DNA from: Haliotis rufescens
Lineage: Eukaryota
DNA: 64,000 nt
Direction of reading: 5' to 3'
Assembly: GCF_023055435.1 (NCBI RefSeq)
Contig: NW_025963791.1
Coordinates: 32,736,001 to 32,800,000, forward strand
Part shown: positions 1 to 14,683 of the stretch, piece by piece
Numbering within the stretch: position 1 is the stretch's first letter
How the letters are laid out: the number at the start of each line of letters is the position of its first letter
Notes under the pieces: model-generated
The model's input: only the letters and a program-made list of their open reading frames with translations
Database searches by the model: none
Told to the model about the DNA's origin: nothing
Program-made: the position numbers and the translations under genes

Positions 1-582
1 CTAAAACAAGGACTGGTCGGCTCGGAGTCAGTATACTGTGTCTGAGTTGCGTATTCATGTTAAACTGTGGCATGGTATCTCAGACAAGTACAAGCAGCCA
101 CACACGCGCGCGCGCTTTATAAGTGCAGGAATTTTGGCCGCGACGTTAAACCCCTTTTCACCTCACCTCACCGTTAAATCATCCACCATTATAACCATCC
201 ATGGGTCCTTCAGAATTCGTTTCCATTTTACATTATTCAATCCTGCTTTAGTAGTAATCTGCCGGGTCGATATATCAGGTCTGTGACATCAACATGCATG
301 ATGATTCACCTCACGTAGCCCAAGTAGACAGTGTCCAGTACGGATGGATGGACGAATAGTTAGTTTGTGATTGTAGGTTATAAATGTTTTGATACTCACT
401 GTTGAGTACAGTAATATATACATTGTACATTAAACACATGATACACATGTCATTCTCGTACTTATTATATTTACATTACATTTAATTTCATGTCGACGCT
501 TGTTTCGAACTGCTCTGTACTGCACTTCACTGCGCAGCGTTGCACTGAACTACATATTAACATTAAACCTCTTGTTAGACGA

Positions 583-747
583 GGGGCGGTCGGGTAGCCT
601 AGTGGTTAAAGCGTTCGCTCGTCACGCCGAATACCTGGGTTCGATTCCCGATATGGGTACAATGTGTAAAGCCCATTTCTGGTGTCCCCCGCCGTGATAT
701 TGCTGGAATATTGCTAAAAGCGGCGTAAAACCGTACTCACTCACTCA
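583..747 (+). mobile_element. tRNA-derived SINE family A (about 165 bp, ACTC-repeat tail)
   Basis: A box TAGCCTAGTGG, B box GGTTCGATTCC, 14-bp TSD ctcttgttagacga (569-582/748-761). Other copies: 2464-2596(-), 19668-19802(-, decayed), 20700-20861(+), 23557-23724(-), 43363-43523(+), 44143-44290(+). Confidence 0.9.
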
Positions 748-1905
748 CTCTTGTTAGACGAACACGGTCGCCTGCTTGAAGCACCAGTCGAGGGAGTGAA
801 ACACAAAGGCTGTGACGCGTGATCGAACTATCGATGAATTGAGACTGCCCATGGTCCGATGGCAATACATCGATGAAGTGTTAAAATATCAATAGTTAAC
901 ACCAATGCAGCGCTAGACTATCGATGGTTTCGACAGACGTAATACAGTGTAAAAGAAATACTGTTAACAAGTTACTTTTCCATTCGCTTTTATCCAAAAT
1001 ACACATTACACGTGGGTATCCATTCAGAAAGTAGCACCGCTCTCACTTTCCTACGACTTCCCTAGCAGACTGCTGACCCTTGCTGGCTGTATTAGGCTTC
1101 AGTCGACGTGCTGACTAATTCAAGTAAGCTACCTCGTAGACCAGGTACATTTTCTCTTGAAACTCTTGTACCAAAATGGCAATAATATCGCGGTAGTGTT
1201 TTAACCTTCTCGCAAACACATTGTGTCATCACTGATATTCAATGATCCATCCATATACTTTTCATCACAATTTGGCATTTTTCAGTCAATAAAATCTGTG
1301 TTTCTGTGGATAATCGAGACTGGTTATTCTCTGTCGTTTAATATTTAAATATCGCACTACTACTGGAACAACACAAATGCCCTCGATAGTCACCCCCGAC
1401 CATTTGCATACATACTTGCTTCTAAATTTGGTCCATCTTCACAAACGTATTTAATCAATTGCTGATTAAATGTTACCGCAGCTGCGGATTATCCGTTAGT
1501 CTTTGGTGAAGGTCATCACATTTGGGCGGACATGCCGAGCAATAGAGCACACACTACCTTCTTTAGTCCACCTCCAAGACCCTAGAGAATAAATTAAAAA
1601 GGAGACCAACTCAAGTCTAGAATGATTGACCAAATCTAGATGCTAGAGCATATCAGCTTTTATGGATAGCAACTTATTTTATTGTTTGTCACGACAAGGA
1701 ATAAAAGAAGCTGCTATCCATAAAATGTATTCATGTTCTTCCATCTTCCAAATGCATATCAAGGACTTCATCTCTAGGATATTAGCCATTGTTCTAGGCT
1801 CCAATTGCGTTATATATTTTTGTTATTTTGTAGGTTTATATTTTTAGATAACTTTATTTCTGGTACATAACGTTAGCCTATACCTTCCTCACTGCTGTTC
1901 CCCAG

Positions 1906-4900
1906 GGCCCGACTATAACAGGGACCACCGCGTCACTGTGCAGCCAGAGAACCGGATGGTGGGAATAGGGACCATGTCCAAGGAGGGGACCAGCGAGTCG
2001 GACTACCTGTGGCGGGCCGCACCCAGGACCCCCTACCCCCGCTCCAAGACCACCATGGTGGGGGGGATAGGCTGGGGGATTCAGGAGTTTACGGACTGGT
2101 CCTTGCCTATCACGGGGAGACAGGTCATGGTGAGTTGTTGCATTGGGTGGAGTTTGAACTGGAATATCAGCTACAGTAAACTAGGTTTATAACGAACACG
2201 TTTATACCGAACTGGCGGATATAACGAACTGTTTTTGGGACCCGTCCATTTGCTGTATATAGGGTGTTTATGTGCCTATAACGAACTACGGTTATAACGA
2301 ACTAAAATTAGTGGTCCCTTTGAGTTCGTTATAACCGTAGTTTACTGTATTTAGATTTGGGTTTAAGATACGTTCAGTCACTAGCATATAAGATATATTT
2401 ATAGTTATAAGAATTGAACGACCGCTTTGAGTTATTTTGACCTTGGGTGGACAATAAGTTAGAGTGAGTGAGTGTGTTTTACGCCGCTTTTAGCAATATT
2501 CCAGCAATATCACGGCCGGGGACACATGGGCTTCACACATTGTACCCATGTCGGGAATCGAAGCCGGGTCTTTGGCGTGACGAGCGAACACTTGACCACT
2601 AGGCTACCCGACCGTCCCGACAAGTTAGAGGCTTCAGTATATTATATAATTCATAAAGTCTTTACATTGTGAAACAGATAAAGTGATAATTTAGAGGAGC
2701 CTTACTCAAATGATGATACAGTCATGGAAAGACATATACAAATTCCTTTTCATTCGTGTGTATATTGAAAGCAGAACGCTATAGCCACATAAATTCCAAG
2801 ATGGCTACCTAATTTCAAGATGGCTGACAATTGCATGAATAATTATCTGAGATGTGTTCATTGCTTGTGACTAATTCCGAATGCATAACCCGTCGCCCTG
2901 ACGATGTAGCCTTATCTGTTGAGCTGGAACCATGTAGAATATATTGATACTAAACGCTCTTCGTATGATTTCTACCTGAAGATATACAGCTGAAACCATA
3001 TAGACTTAATACTATACGGTCTGAATATGATTTCTCTTCATTTATTCCTCAGATGGGAGAATTCCGACAGGAACTCGAAAACAGTCATTCGCACAAGTAC
3101 CAAAACCCATGGTAAGTTCCAGCGAGATACAGACATGTGGGGGCACTTTCACTCGACCTCGATAGAGGCACACGAAGTCGACAGTCGTACGTTATCGTTA
3201 GTCTTCTTGAGAAATATGAGAAGAAGTATACATATATATTTCTTCTTCCAGCAAAACACTGTACATTATGTCGATAGATTTCTCAAAAAAACTAACGTAA
3301 ACGTACGACTGTCGACCTCATGTGCCTCTATTGAGGTCGAGTGAAAGTGCCCCTCCCTACTCAACCTGGACAGCAAACACTTCACTGTCCTGAACAGGGT
3401 TAGATAACCCTGTCTCTATTGTCTTTCGGATCATGAGTGGTAACACGTAATTGACATGTGATGTATACCATACGATACACCAAATCAATATCTAATGTCA
3501 TTCCATCAACATCTTTGGTAAAAACGTCACTGACGATCTCTGATCGTTAAATTCCGAGTGGGTTAGTTGAGTTGGATTTAACGCCGCTTTTAAGAGTATT
3601 CCAGTTATATCACGGCGTGGCAGCTTAATGTGGGAGGAAAGCCCGAAGTGATGCAGGTTTCAGACGTTTACCGCTTTCGTGAAACCCACGAGCACGGGTA
3701 TGGTGCTGACAAACCTAGATACATAATCGGGGCGAACCGGGATTCGAACCCACGAATACAGGTTTCTGGTGTGGCCAAGGGATGCAACTCACAGCGATGG
3801 TTATATACTGATCGGCATGTGTATACCAACTCGTAGGCCATGGCCCAATCAGAATTATCCGCTGAATTAACGGGTCTTTAATTAAAGTATAAATTTACTT
3901 CCAACATGTACGAATTGAGCGTCTAAATTATACATCACACTGAAGTGAGAACGGAGTACTCTAAGCTGTAATGACATTTAAGAAGCTTGTATTTAGGGAC
4001 TCTATTGCAGTGAGTTGACTGGTGCGATGTTATTTATTAAGATAGTTGGCGTAGATTTTCCAGGTCAGTTTTCACGTTTGTCTTACACATTAGTTGGAGG
4101 CAAATAGTTCAAGTTTAAGGTCAAGCTATAGTATAGGGCCAGATTTAAGAGTGGGCGACACACGTTTTGTCAATCGTTCGAATCCTTAATTGTTTGTCTA
4201 CCAACCCCAATTCTGTAATTAGAAATTATCTGGCAGTTAATGAATATATGAGACAATATGTCAGTTTCAGATATGGCAATCATTAAAATCCTGTAAAGTT
4301 ATATCATTGGGTGTGTCTTGACCGAATCACCGGTAGATTCCAAGAAAACGTGTGTACAGCTGATTGCTGTGTCCGGCATAGTTTACGAGAAAATACACAA
4401 GGTAATCTTAATCCCTGGATATAAAACAATGCCTAGCTGAAGACAAAATACAATTTAAACGGTAAATCAACATGTCTGGTGATTTTTTATCTCAAATTTC
4501 AAATTTGTACTGACGAAGTTTCTCATCACCCGTTCGTTTGCCGGACTTCGCTGAAGGGGTACGGTGATTTTTTTTTCTGCGCATAATATTCAAATTTCTT
4601 TTTTTCCAAAATATTGAACCCGCTAGAGGGGGGTTGCGCATTATACATGGGTGCGCACTATACTCAAGAAAATACGGTACATCTAAACCTGGACATGGTC
4701 TAAAGACCGTGGATCATTATCCCACTTGGATTAATGTTTATCGTACAATAAAACACTGCATGGAGAATAAGCCACGAGAGACGCAGCCCCGAGTGGTTTA
4801 TTCTCTCTGTAGTGTTTTATTGAACGATAAACAACGACCACGAGTCGTTTATTTCTCATATGACCATTATTTACAGCCTCTTTAAGGATGATGATAAAAT

Positions 4901-6632
4901 GTACAAGCTTTAAAATATTTACCCGTATTTTAATAATGACTCCCTGGATAGAATCCTACCTCGGCAATGTCGGACAAGTCCATTTTATGCAGAGGGGGGT
5001 ATTTCCTGGATATTCTCACAATCCTAATGGCGATTACCTGTACCTTTCGCCCGATACCGACTGTCATATCTCTCCCGCTTTTGAATGCGATCGTTCAGTC
5101 ATCGCCTTTATCCGCATTGCACAGCTACATCTAAACACTCCCCTCTAAAAAATAACGTCGTCCAATTCACGACGTCATCAAGTTGCGAGCGCATGTTCGA
5201 ATCTCCAAAAATATCGTCATGACAGAACAACGTTTTATCGTGAAACAAACCACACACATCTTAATCTATAAATGCATGCATGTGGACATTCCCCGGTCGA
5301 TCCATCTACCTCCATGTATACTTTTTTTCTACCCCAGGTATCCGGGGCCCAATGATGAGGTGGACCCCAACTCGGACGAGGCCATGGTGATGAACGTGTA
5401 CAAGCGTCGCCCGGCCACGACAGTGCCGCAGCCATCAGGTACATGTTCACGTCCCTGGCGTCACAGAGGACGCACGCCGGCAGCCACGCCCTTGTACACA
5501 GTCAACACATTCACCGTCACTACTTCGTCAGGTATCGTAGTGACGTCATCAGGTGCCACTGTGACGTCAAAGTAGCGTAGCTGCAAAGTAGTTGATGCTT
5601 GTGCTCTGTGGAATGGCTTTGCTACAATCATGCTTCTATTAACCTTTATAAATTTACTCTTTCTCTAAATTCATTTATTTGTATAAGTCATGTTATCAGA
5701 TAACTTGACCATACCTTCTTTTCCCCGTGTGGGGTCTGCTTGTCATCTCTATTCTTACTTACCAATGAAATTTGCGCCTAATTTCAGCAAATGCATTATT
5801 TCTGCACTCTTTTCCTGCTCTGACTCTGCTTTGAATGTACCTTCTCAATCTCATTCCAATATATAACATTTCTGCCATAACTATCAATGGGCCGTTTCCA
5901 CAAGCGATCTGAGTTACTCAACACTATCGGTAGCTACGGTACTTTAAAAAAAATATGCTTGTATTGTTAGCGAGCGGTTATTGCTTAACCCCGCATCAGC
6001 AATCGTTCAGGAGATTCTTTGAGAATAAAGATAACTATAATCGCATTTGCGGAACGTGACCAATATATATCCAATGTCCTTCTTAGTGTCCAACCATTTG
6101 ATATTCTTCGGATGCGGGGGGTCGGAGTTGGGGTTGGGGTGGAGTGGGGGTGTGTGAGACTGTTTCAGACTGTTTAATATACAACGTGTGTGCCACAATA
6201 AAATACAAATAGGTTTAAAAAAAATATCAAGCTCATAACAATAAGTAGAAGAATATCTGGTTTTGAAGTTGTAGCTTAGTGTGTCTCCAAACAAAATCCC
6301 AGTCTCCTCCCCCCCCCCCCCCCCCCCCCAAAAAAAGGGGGGGATATCAAATGGTCGTTCCCTTTGTCTCGTCTCGACTGTCATTCACTAACATATACTC
6401 TATATTCTTCTTCTTCTGTCATATTTCACTATCCATTGCTCTTTCTACCTAACATAAAACATAATTATATAATCAAATGGCGTAATTTCAAGAACAGTAA
6501 ATGTACCTACTTCATGAACTTGTAAGATGCTTGTATGTTCTTTAATCCTGGAGTGGTTCTGCACATGTAGGCACCAAGGCCGCCCCCACGTCAGATGTCC
6601 CCCCGGAGAGTCAACCAGTTAAAGCATATTAG
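1906..6632 (+). CDS. SPMIP2: C4orf45/SPMIP2-like (DUF4562) protein, spliced, 5' coding exon not located
   Basis: Exons with AG/GT ends and matching phases: 1906-2129 (GPDYNRDHRV...SDYLWRAAP...VGGIGWGI...QVM), 3053-3111 (MGEFRQELENSHSHKYQNP-W), 5338-5438 (YPGPNDEVD...PQPS), probable last coding exon 6571-6632 (GTKAAPTSDVPPESQPVKAY*). The motif series GPDY..D, YLWR, IGW, YQNPW matches C4orf45 as I recall it; the last exon is less certain. Confidence 0.75.
2174..2347. mobile_element. Tc1/mariner (pogo-like) MITE
   Basis: CAGTAAACTA...TAGTTTACTG termini with TA on both sides; internal TATAACGAAC repeats; second copy at 49418-49578. Confidence 0.85.
3140..3353. mobile_element. Palindromic MITE-like element with about 75-bp imperfect TIRs
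   Basis: ggggcactttcactcgacctc...gaggtcgagtgaaagtgcccc; no clear TSD. Confidence 0.7.
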
Positions 6633-8287
6633 GAAGAAGGTCAGTTGGCTGTCATGTATGTGTTTGTATATCTCCAGTATATCATGGATATCCACCACAT
6701 CACCGGAAGCTGGCGTATATATGTTCCATCGGTTTATATACCACATACACTTCCGATTACTGACCAACAGCGCTGACTTGGTTGATGCATGTCGTCGTAT
6801 ACCAATTGCTTGCATCGATGCTCATGACGTCAATCGCTGGCTTAAGACAGTCTTAGTCTACAGTCGCGTTTGGAAATTGGACTCGCTGACCTGGTTGGTT
6901 GCGTGTCATCGAACCCCGACTTGTTATTTACAGGCCGCAGTCATATAACTGCAGCGGAAAACAACAAACAAACAAACAAAACAAACAACACACAAATGTT
7001 GTGATTATCGATCGTCTGTCAGGATCCCTAGGTCTCGATGATGTGAAAAAAAGATTGCATTCCATTAATACTACGTTAGTTGTAAAACTTGGCTTGCCTT
7101 TGCATGTGTTCGTGACGGGAGCCACTGGTAGGGCAGGATAGGCTCACCTTTTCGCGACCACCTGGTATCACTAATTAATAGTGATTCATAAGCAGGAGCC
7201 TCTGGATAAAGTCGGAATCGTACAATCTATGATGCTTTAAATTGTTTGATAGGCATTACTTAGAACTTGCATGACAGGATGACAAAGTGGATGTTATCCA
7301 TAATTGTGTCTACTTTGACTGTGCTATGAGCAGAGATTTCTTATAAATAGAGAATGGGTTGTGTTCATCATCATCATCATTATCATTATTATTCAATATA
7401 TTTCTTTCCAGTATAAAGTCATCTTTACCAGAGCCCTGCCAGGGAAGGTGCAATAGACAACGAAATCAACATAAAACAGCTGGTGCTCATACCAAGATGT
7501 ACATTTCACAGGGCGTTCCTAGTTACCAACTTGATCTTGTTGGATCATGCAAAACAAAGTCTATATTTTTTTGTAAATGACTGTATATTGCTGTCATGGT
7601 AAATGCATTAGTGTCATTTAGCCGGGTGTATTTGTAACCTTATCAAAACAATGAAATGATTAACCGACAGTAACACGTGATAACTTTTCGTTTACTTTGT
7701 TAAAATGCCTATCTTGTTAGGAACATCCTGAAATGACTATTGAATTTTAATGAAAAGGTACTGCATATGGAAGCACCAATAATATAATCCTTTAAATAAG
7801 CAAAGGTAATATTTGTAACAGGGTATTTGTTCTATTTAGAAAAAGAGAATTGTCATAAAATCCCAAATGGAAATTATTTGTTCAAGTAGTGGTGAGTTAG
7901 ATTTGAATATCCTTTGTCGATGTTATGACTTTATTTATTGTTATAATGTACCAATGTTTTCATGACTTTACCAGTCAGTATTATTTTCAACAATCTCAAC
8001 TTGACATAATCAGTTTCTTATTCTGACATGTCAGACTGGATTCTAATTTATTTATTTACCTTTCCAATTAATCTCTGCTGTTTTTGTAAATAAATGTTCT
8101 GACTTCTGTAAAATCTTTTGTATCTTCCAAATGCATAATTCCAGTGAAACCTGGTGTTGGTGTCTGTCTACTGGGAAATCATGGTAGCCACTGACATCTG
8201 CAAACAAGCATCAGTATAGAACACTCTATGTTACCATGGTGATATATGTTCATGGTTTTGTAAGGCAAGGCTGAACAATTTATTCAG

Positions 8288-8561
8288 TGAGTGAGTTAGT
8301 TAGTTTTAACGCCGATTTTTACATTATTCCATTTATATCACGGTGTGTCAGCTTAATGTGGGAGGAAAGCCCGAAATGATGCAGGTCTCAGACGTTTACC
8401 ACTTCGGTGAAACCCACGAGCACGGGCATGGTGCTGACAAACCTAGAAACATAATCGGGACGAACCGGGATTCGAACCCACAATCATAGGTTTCTGGCGT
8501 GCCTGGACGCAACTCTGCACAGGGAATTGCGGCACCTTAGACGACTGGGCCACCCGTGCCC
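8288..8561 (-). mobile_element. tRNA-derived SINE family B (about 275 bp)
   Basis: Head GGGCACGGGTGGCCCAGTCGTCTAAGG...GGTTCGAATCC; 15-bp TSD gaacaatttattcag. Other copies: 3556-3795, 20085-20366, 24956-25229, 37190-37464, 42966-43236, 51637-51895 (all -), 49343-49764, 56616-56891 (+), plus decayed fragments. Confidence 0.9.
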
Positions 8562-11500
8562 GAACAATTTATTCAGACCTGTGGTCCTCAATAGATTACA
8601 GAATCGGTGAGTGATTTGGGTTTAATGCTGCTTTGAACTGCATGCCAGTCTATATCACAGTGGGTCTGCAGGCGAACCGATAGACTTGTAATCAGACTTA
8701 TAGACCTCCATTGACGTCATCCTAATATGACACCGTATACGGCAACTAAAGACACCATAATGAATGTATTATGCAGAAAAGTTTACATTCTCTGGTATCC
8801 ATATAAACTTGACACTTACAACCCTTCGTTGACGTTAATGGTCAAAAGGAGACTACTCCTCGAACCTTAGAGGCCAAACCTTGTTGCCAATTTTAACTAT
8901 AATCTTTATCAATAAAGTCACGAACGTGATCTAAAACACAGATTAATGTCCTTGCACATCACAATTAATGATAGTAAAACACAAAACAGTGTCAAACAGT
9001 GTCATGTCAAATAACCAATTTCGGAACCAGAATTTTCATGTGAAATATGTGAGGTGGGTGTTGGAAAATCCAAGATGGCTGTTATACTCTTGGTTGGTTT
9101 GTTGTTTAACGCCGCACTCAGCAATATTCCAGCTATATGACGCCGGTCTGTAAATAATCGGGTCTGGACCAGACAATCCAGTGATTGATATCATGAGCAT
9201 CGATCCACGCACCCGATCCCGCTGACTGTCTCATATTAGGTCAGTAACAACAATCTTGGATTTTTACTGACTACGAGATTAGTAGCTATGCTCTCTGATT
9301 GGCCAATCTCACTTTGAGGCATAATAAGAGCTCATATGGGTTATTAGTTCTGCTCTCTGATTGGTCAATCTCACTTTTAGGCATAATAAATGGATATGTG
9401 GATGTTGTGAGACTGCATCCATATGCATTAAGCATTTGATACAAAGAAGAAGACATTGCAGAAGGTGTATAAGGTTTTATTTTCAAGATTAATAATAAAT
9501 TACAAATTCTAACAGACAAGTAATAGTAGAGATTGATTAATAACAAATGTGTTTAACGTGGGAGTCAGCATGTACTCTTAACATATATCACTCCTGTAGA
9601 TAAAGATGCATAATAGAAGTAGGTAAAACATACACAGAAACTGACTACACTATAGGGTGAAAGTGACAGGCTATTAACAACATAAAAATGAAATTGACAA
9701 TAGTTTACATGACCTGAAAATAAACTGCTCAGTAAAATACATACATGTCTGTGTGACCTGAAATGTCACAACACCATCAAATAAGACATGGTCCAAAGGA
9801 TCACCAGTCCAATGGATCGCCAAGACAATGCACATGGCAGGTGATAATATTTATATTAATTTTTGTTGTTTTGGATTGCGATTTTTTATACCAAGAAAAA
9901 TTGTGTTGTCTGGATTGTGGGACTGAAAAAAGGAAACACTGATTTGGGCATAAAAAAAATTGTATTCAAACGTTTCGAAGTGATCAAATATTTAGGAGTA
10001 GAAAATCATTTCTTGTCAAACTATACTGGCAGCCTCTTTAAACTGTAACAATTTACAGAAATACAAATACATGTCTCGAAAAATATTTGTGGACAAGTTA
10101 TAAATTTTCCGCTGAACAAGCAACTCACCATTCTCAAACACACATAATTTTATTCATTCTAATTATTGCCAGTGTGCATCCAGACAAACATACAAGCCTC
10201 ACACTGCGTTCGGATGTTGTGCTATGCCACTTGATAATACCACAATACTTCACTGGACGGGACAGTTGGAAACAAGAATCACGAGCACACTGTTCACATC
10301 TTTTACAATAATTACACAAGGATAACTCCAAAGGTTGCTGAAACAATGCTGCATCAATATATCCCTGATGTATATATATTTTCGCAATTCTATTACAGTG
10401 ATCCCTTGCCACAACGCTACCTTAATAATTGATGAGCGTTATAGATCATCGATCAGCGATGTAACGAGGTGGAGTCGTTGGGGGTTGATGACCAACACAA
10501 CAGTTCATGCTCTGCCTCCCTAACATGATCTACGGTGCACGTTTCCGAGTTTGAAAAAAAGATTAGAAAAGGAGGTGTTTATGATTCATTGTGTAAAAAA
10601 TGATTTATCAAGTGTTGTTCGCTATAAAAAAACTCATTGTATATCTTCAGCTCTAAAACATCGCTAGACATGATGATGTACCATTTTAATAAAAAGTTTA
10701 TCAAAAATGTAAATAAATTTTAGGAGCCATGCGTTACTGTGCGCTATAACCGAATTAGGGCTATATTGAAAGGCACAATAGCAAGGGAACACTATATCAT
10801 GATTTCGTAATGAGGAGGTCTCATTGTTCTGTGTATGTCTTCACATGCCTTTCTCTTCAAAGCAGTTCATCTCATTTCAGGTGGTTAAGACAAAGGAAAG
10901 ATAAAGCAGTTATGTAGATGATTAAAAGAAATGTGTTACCAGGCATGCAAGTCCATCACAATAAAACAGATGGGAAGGAATCATTTTTCTTCAAGTAAGA
11001 AAAACATCCTTTGATTTATGTGCCTCTTTTGCATATGAACATATTAGCAAAATAGATATTGATACTGGAATTGAGATCTCTAAGTGTCAAGGTTGTACCA
11101 AAAAAACATGGTACCTGTTGAAATAGATTTGATATTGATATTATATTGACAAGGTATTACTGACAGGTCAAGGGTTAACAAAAACAAACAACATTCAGAT
11201 ATTGACAAAGTAAATATTAAAACAGGCCCTTTATGTCTAGCTCAAGATATATTTCAACAGGACAGGAATTACATTGCTACATATTTCAGGATAATGATAC
11301 TGGCTTGAACAGTAAAGACGAATGGCTGCAAGGCCAGGATATATATATATATATATATATATAGGTAATTGTTAAAGAAAGTACGTCAGATCAGTGTTAT
11401 GCCTATACATGTTGTTGCAGTGATGCACCCAAATTTTCGTAAATGGATCCTGTTTGTCGTAACCTCCCAAACAGGGACCCTCTCACAAAGCAATGCTTAA

Positions 11501-14500
11501 CCCAACTTAGACTTATGATAAGAATACTGCTAAGATACCTTTGTGTCACAGGGCCCCTGAGAGACAGGTGACATTCTGGTGATCCTCAAGAATACTCAGG
11601 AAAGTCATTTTATTTGTTTTTGTGGAAATATTCACCACATAGATTTCAGATTTACTTATAGAGATTAACTGACATGAGAGGCCATTCTGAATTATCCTCA
11701 TCCCAACTGGGCTGATCCATGGCTTCCTCGGAGATAGTAAACAGGCTTTCAAAAACACACCAAAATTGGTATTATATCAATTGAAGAATGCAAAAGAATA
11801 AATTCCTGAGAATGGTACATACATTGATGACAAATGTAATCAGATAGGGCAACTCAAAGTAGTAAACCATTTTCTCATCGGTGCCAAACTTGCAGGAACC
11901 ATTAATCATCAGTGCATCACTGTTATTGGCATCGGAACAGTCAGTTGGCAAACTGATCCCTAGGATTGTGATGGCGTGGATATGGACTCGGATCATGTAG
12001 GACCAAGATCTGTAGCAGATTCTCAGATCTGTGACATACTTCTATCTGTGGCAAAATCTTACCAAACTACGTCGAGAATTGAAATGAAAAATACAATATT
12101 AGATCTTGAATGAATATCATTCTCCAAACCCTTAAGGAAATTGATGCAAAAATTTGTAAAAGGTCTATCATAGTAAGAGTGAATCAACACAAATACACAG
12201 GCAGTATGGCTATGAGACATCAACAGTAGAACAGTGGGAATGACATCCTGTTTATAAGATGACTTCTCCGACAGGATCTCGTATAATAATTCCTGCCACA
12301 GATTAGCAACCCACCACAGATCGGAGTCCATGTACCTTTCAAAATTCATACCCTGCTTGTCATTTACTGAAACTCAAAACTAACTGTACATGAAGAGAGA
12401 CTGATGGAGGACAGCTTAATATGAGTTCAAAGAGCAGTGAAGGCACTTTTATTATAGTAAAATGTGATGCATCATATTCTCCATAAGGAAGGTAATAGAT
12501 TCTTATCTAATTGTTCATATTTGATACAGATGAACAATTACAGCTAGCTCACACCTGATCAGAAAACATTCATGGTTAAATAAATTGAATAAAATCGTTC
12601 TGGGTGAAATCACAAATACACATATAATTTGCATATGTTGGATACAAATTTAGACAAAAACATATAATTACACTACCAGCTAATTCTTCTGATCAGCCTC
12701 TGTAACTTACTGTGTATGTGGAACCATTACAGGAAGCACTCTAATCTCAACCTTGTTTAAAAACTATGACTTGTCTTAATATTACCCGAAGATTCTGGCT
12801 ATGTTAGCCTGACTTAGTAAGATACTAGCACCTACGAATATTTGGATGTTCTTTTACCTATTGTGCAATCTGCAAGAAACTGTTGTTAGAAAAATTAATA
12901 ATTATTTTTTCACTTATTACAATGCTGATTAAAAAGGAGGTACGTATATAGCACTATAATGTCAGCAATTGGTCACTGAACTTTCACAAAAACACACATA
13001 CAGAATACATGCGTAATGGTCAACCATCAGCACTAAATTGGAAATATCAGCAGATATTGTTTTTGGTGTATGTTTTAACTGTCCTAAGCATATCATAGAT
13101 AACTATAAACATTACGCAGGAATGAAATTACATACTCCTTGCATAATCAGACAAGCATAGACCGTGAAGGCTAAAATAAAGTGAGAGAAGCATTTCTGCT
13201 GTGTCAGCAACTATTAGTGAACCACTATCAAAATTCCTCATCAGTTGCAAATTATCGAATGTTCTAAGCACAATGGCCAGGCACTAGTGAGATTCCTATA
13301 AGAACTACCAGTAAAAAATCTTTAGTCTTGATTTTGACACCTTCACATTAACTGCTCTCACAAATCCTGGTTCAAAGGCATCATTGCATCAACCAAACAC
13401 TGCTGTTTAGGATTTCTTTCTTTTTTTGGACACAATAAAATATCTAGGGCAGTCGACCATGCTTGCAAACACATTGTCAAAAGTTGTTGACTGAGAGATG
13501 TTTAACTTCTGTTTAAACACTTACATATTTTACCATTGACATACAAAAAATCTGAATTTTGTTTTATACTACTCAAAATAAGTTAAAGAACACTCCATGG
13601 TTTTTTTCAAATGACTATAGTTGATCTGTCATAAAGATTAACTTTAGTCATATGAAACAATCCAGTGTTCAACATATTTTGAGAGGTATATTAACAGTGT
13701 AATTAGTTCAAATTGTTCTCATGAAAAAACGCCAGACACAACTATGAAGTTAACAAATGAATCTCAGTCTATTGTCAAACTTTTGATAACATTTTACACT
13801 GAATTTCAGTATTGCTGAAACTGATAACATTTTGAGATATATGCATGGGATTCTACCCTGAAAGAATCAATCCTAATGCCACTATACTAGTCCAAACAGC
13901 TGCTGAAACAAGCATGCAATGTATGACCTTCAGAGGGATAGGATGCTGACGTACATTTCTTTATGGGACTCCGCCAACCATAGCCATCATGATCCTCCTA
14001 TAGTCACCCGAGATGTCATCCTAGGTGAAAGACAAAACACAGAGATAGCTATAGCTCAGACAGGGTTACATTGCTGAAACGACAAGTCGTTAATAGCGAA
14101 ATCTACATCTCTAAAGCCATCAGTAATAAACTTGAGACATACAGCAAGAAAGGTTTCTGATCATGATGACTGTGATGGCATGCTACCAGGTGATAGTGTG
14201 GGAAAAGGAGCTTCAACACAACACAACACAACAAAAACACAACAAGCAAACCTGAGCAAAGCAAAATTAAAAATTGCAAAATTAACAAGGAATGATATGA
14301 ACATCTCTTGTGGTTCTGAGAAAGTATCCATGCAGTTAGCTCAAGAACGCAAGACCAGACATGTGATATACAACTGAGACATGTGGAGGTCTGGCCAGTG
14401 GTGTGGTCGGTCAGTGACCACCATGTTAAACTGACCTCCAAGCTACTTCAACGTGAGTCATGAGGTCCTACGTGATGCTGGTTGACCCATTATTGTTTAA

Positions 14501-14548
14501 CCCATATTGCTCCATCATCAACGAATTCAGGGTAGGAGAGTCGACATG

Positions 14549-14683
14549 ATCAAATACATCATTGATCATGATGTTAAACAGGGAGTGGCTTACCATGCTA
14601 CCTTGTGGCAGACCATTGTCCAGTGACATAGGATCAGACTGATTATTCCCTATTTAGATAGTGATCTGTCTTGAACCCCTCAG
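14549..14683 (-). mobile_element. Decayed non-LTR (I/Nimb-like) reverse transcriptase fragment
   Basis: Minus strand translates to ...RQITI*IGNNQSDPMSLDNGLPQGSMVSHSLFNIMINDVFD (GxPQGS...LFNI..ND motif) with one stop. Confidence 0.75.

Noticed and set aside
583-660. tRNA-Asp-like and other tRNA-like sequences as true tRNA genes
   Set aside because: They are SINE heads with bodies, tails and TSDs and imperfect cloverleaves.
8230-8243. RFX X-box-like GTTACCATGGTGAT near a cilia/sperm gene
   Set aside because: A single imperfect motif downstream of the gene; expected by chance in 64 kb.
11546-12370. Cluster of minus-strand hydrophobic ORFs
   Set aside because: No recognisable motif or consistent exon chain; possibly a decayed gene or element, but unsupported.
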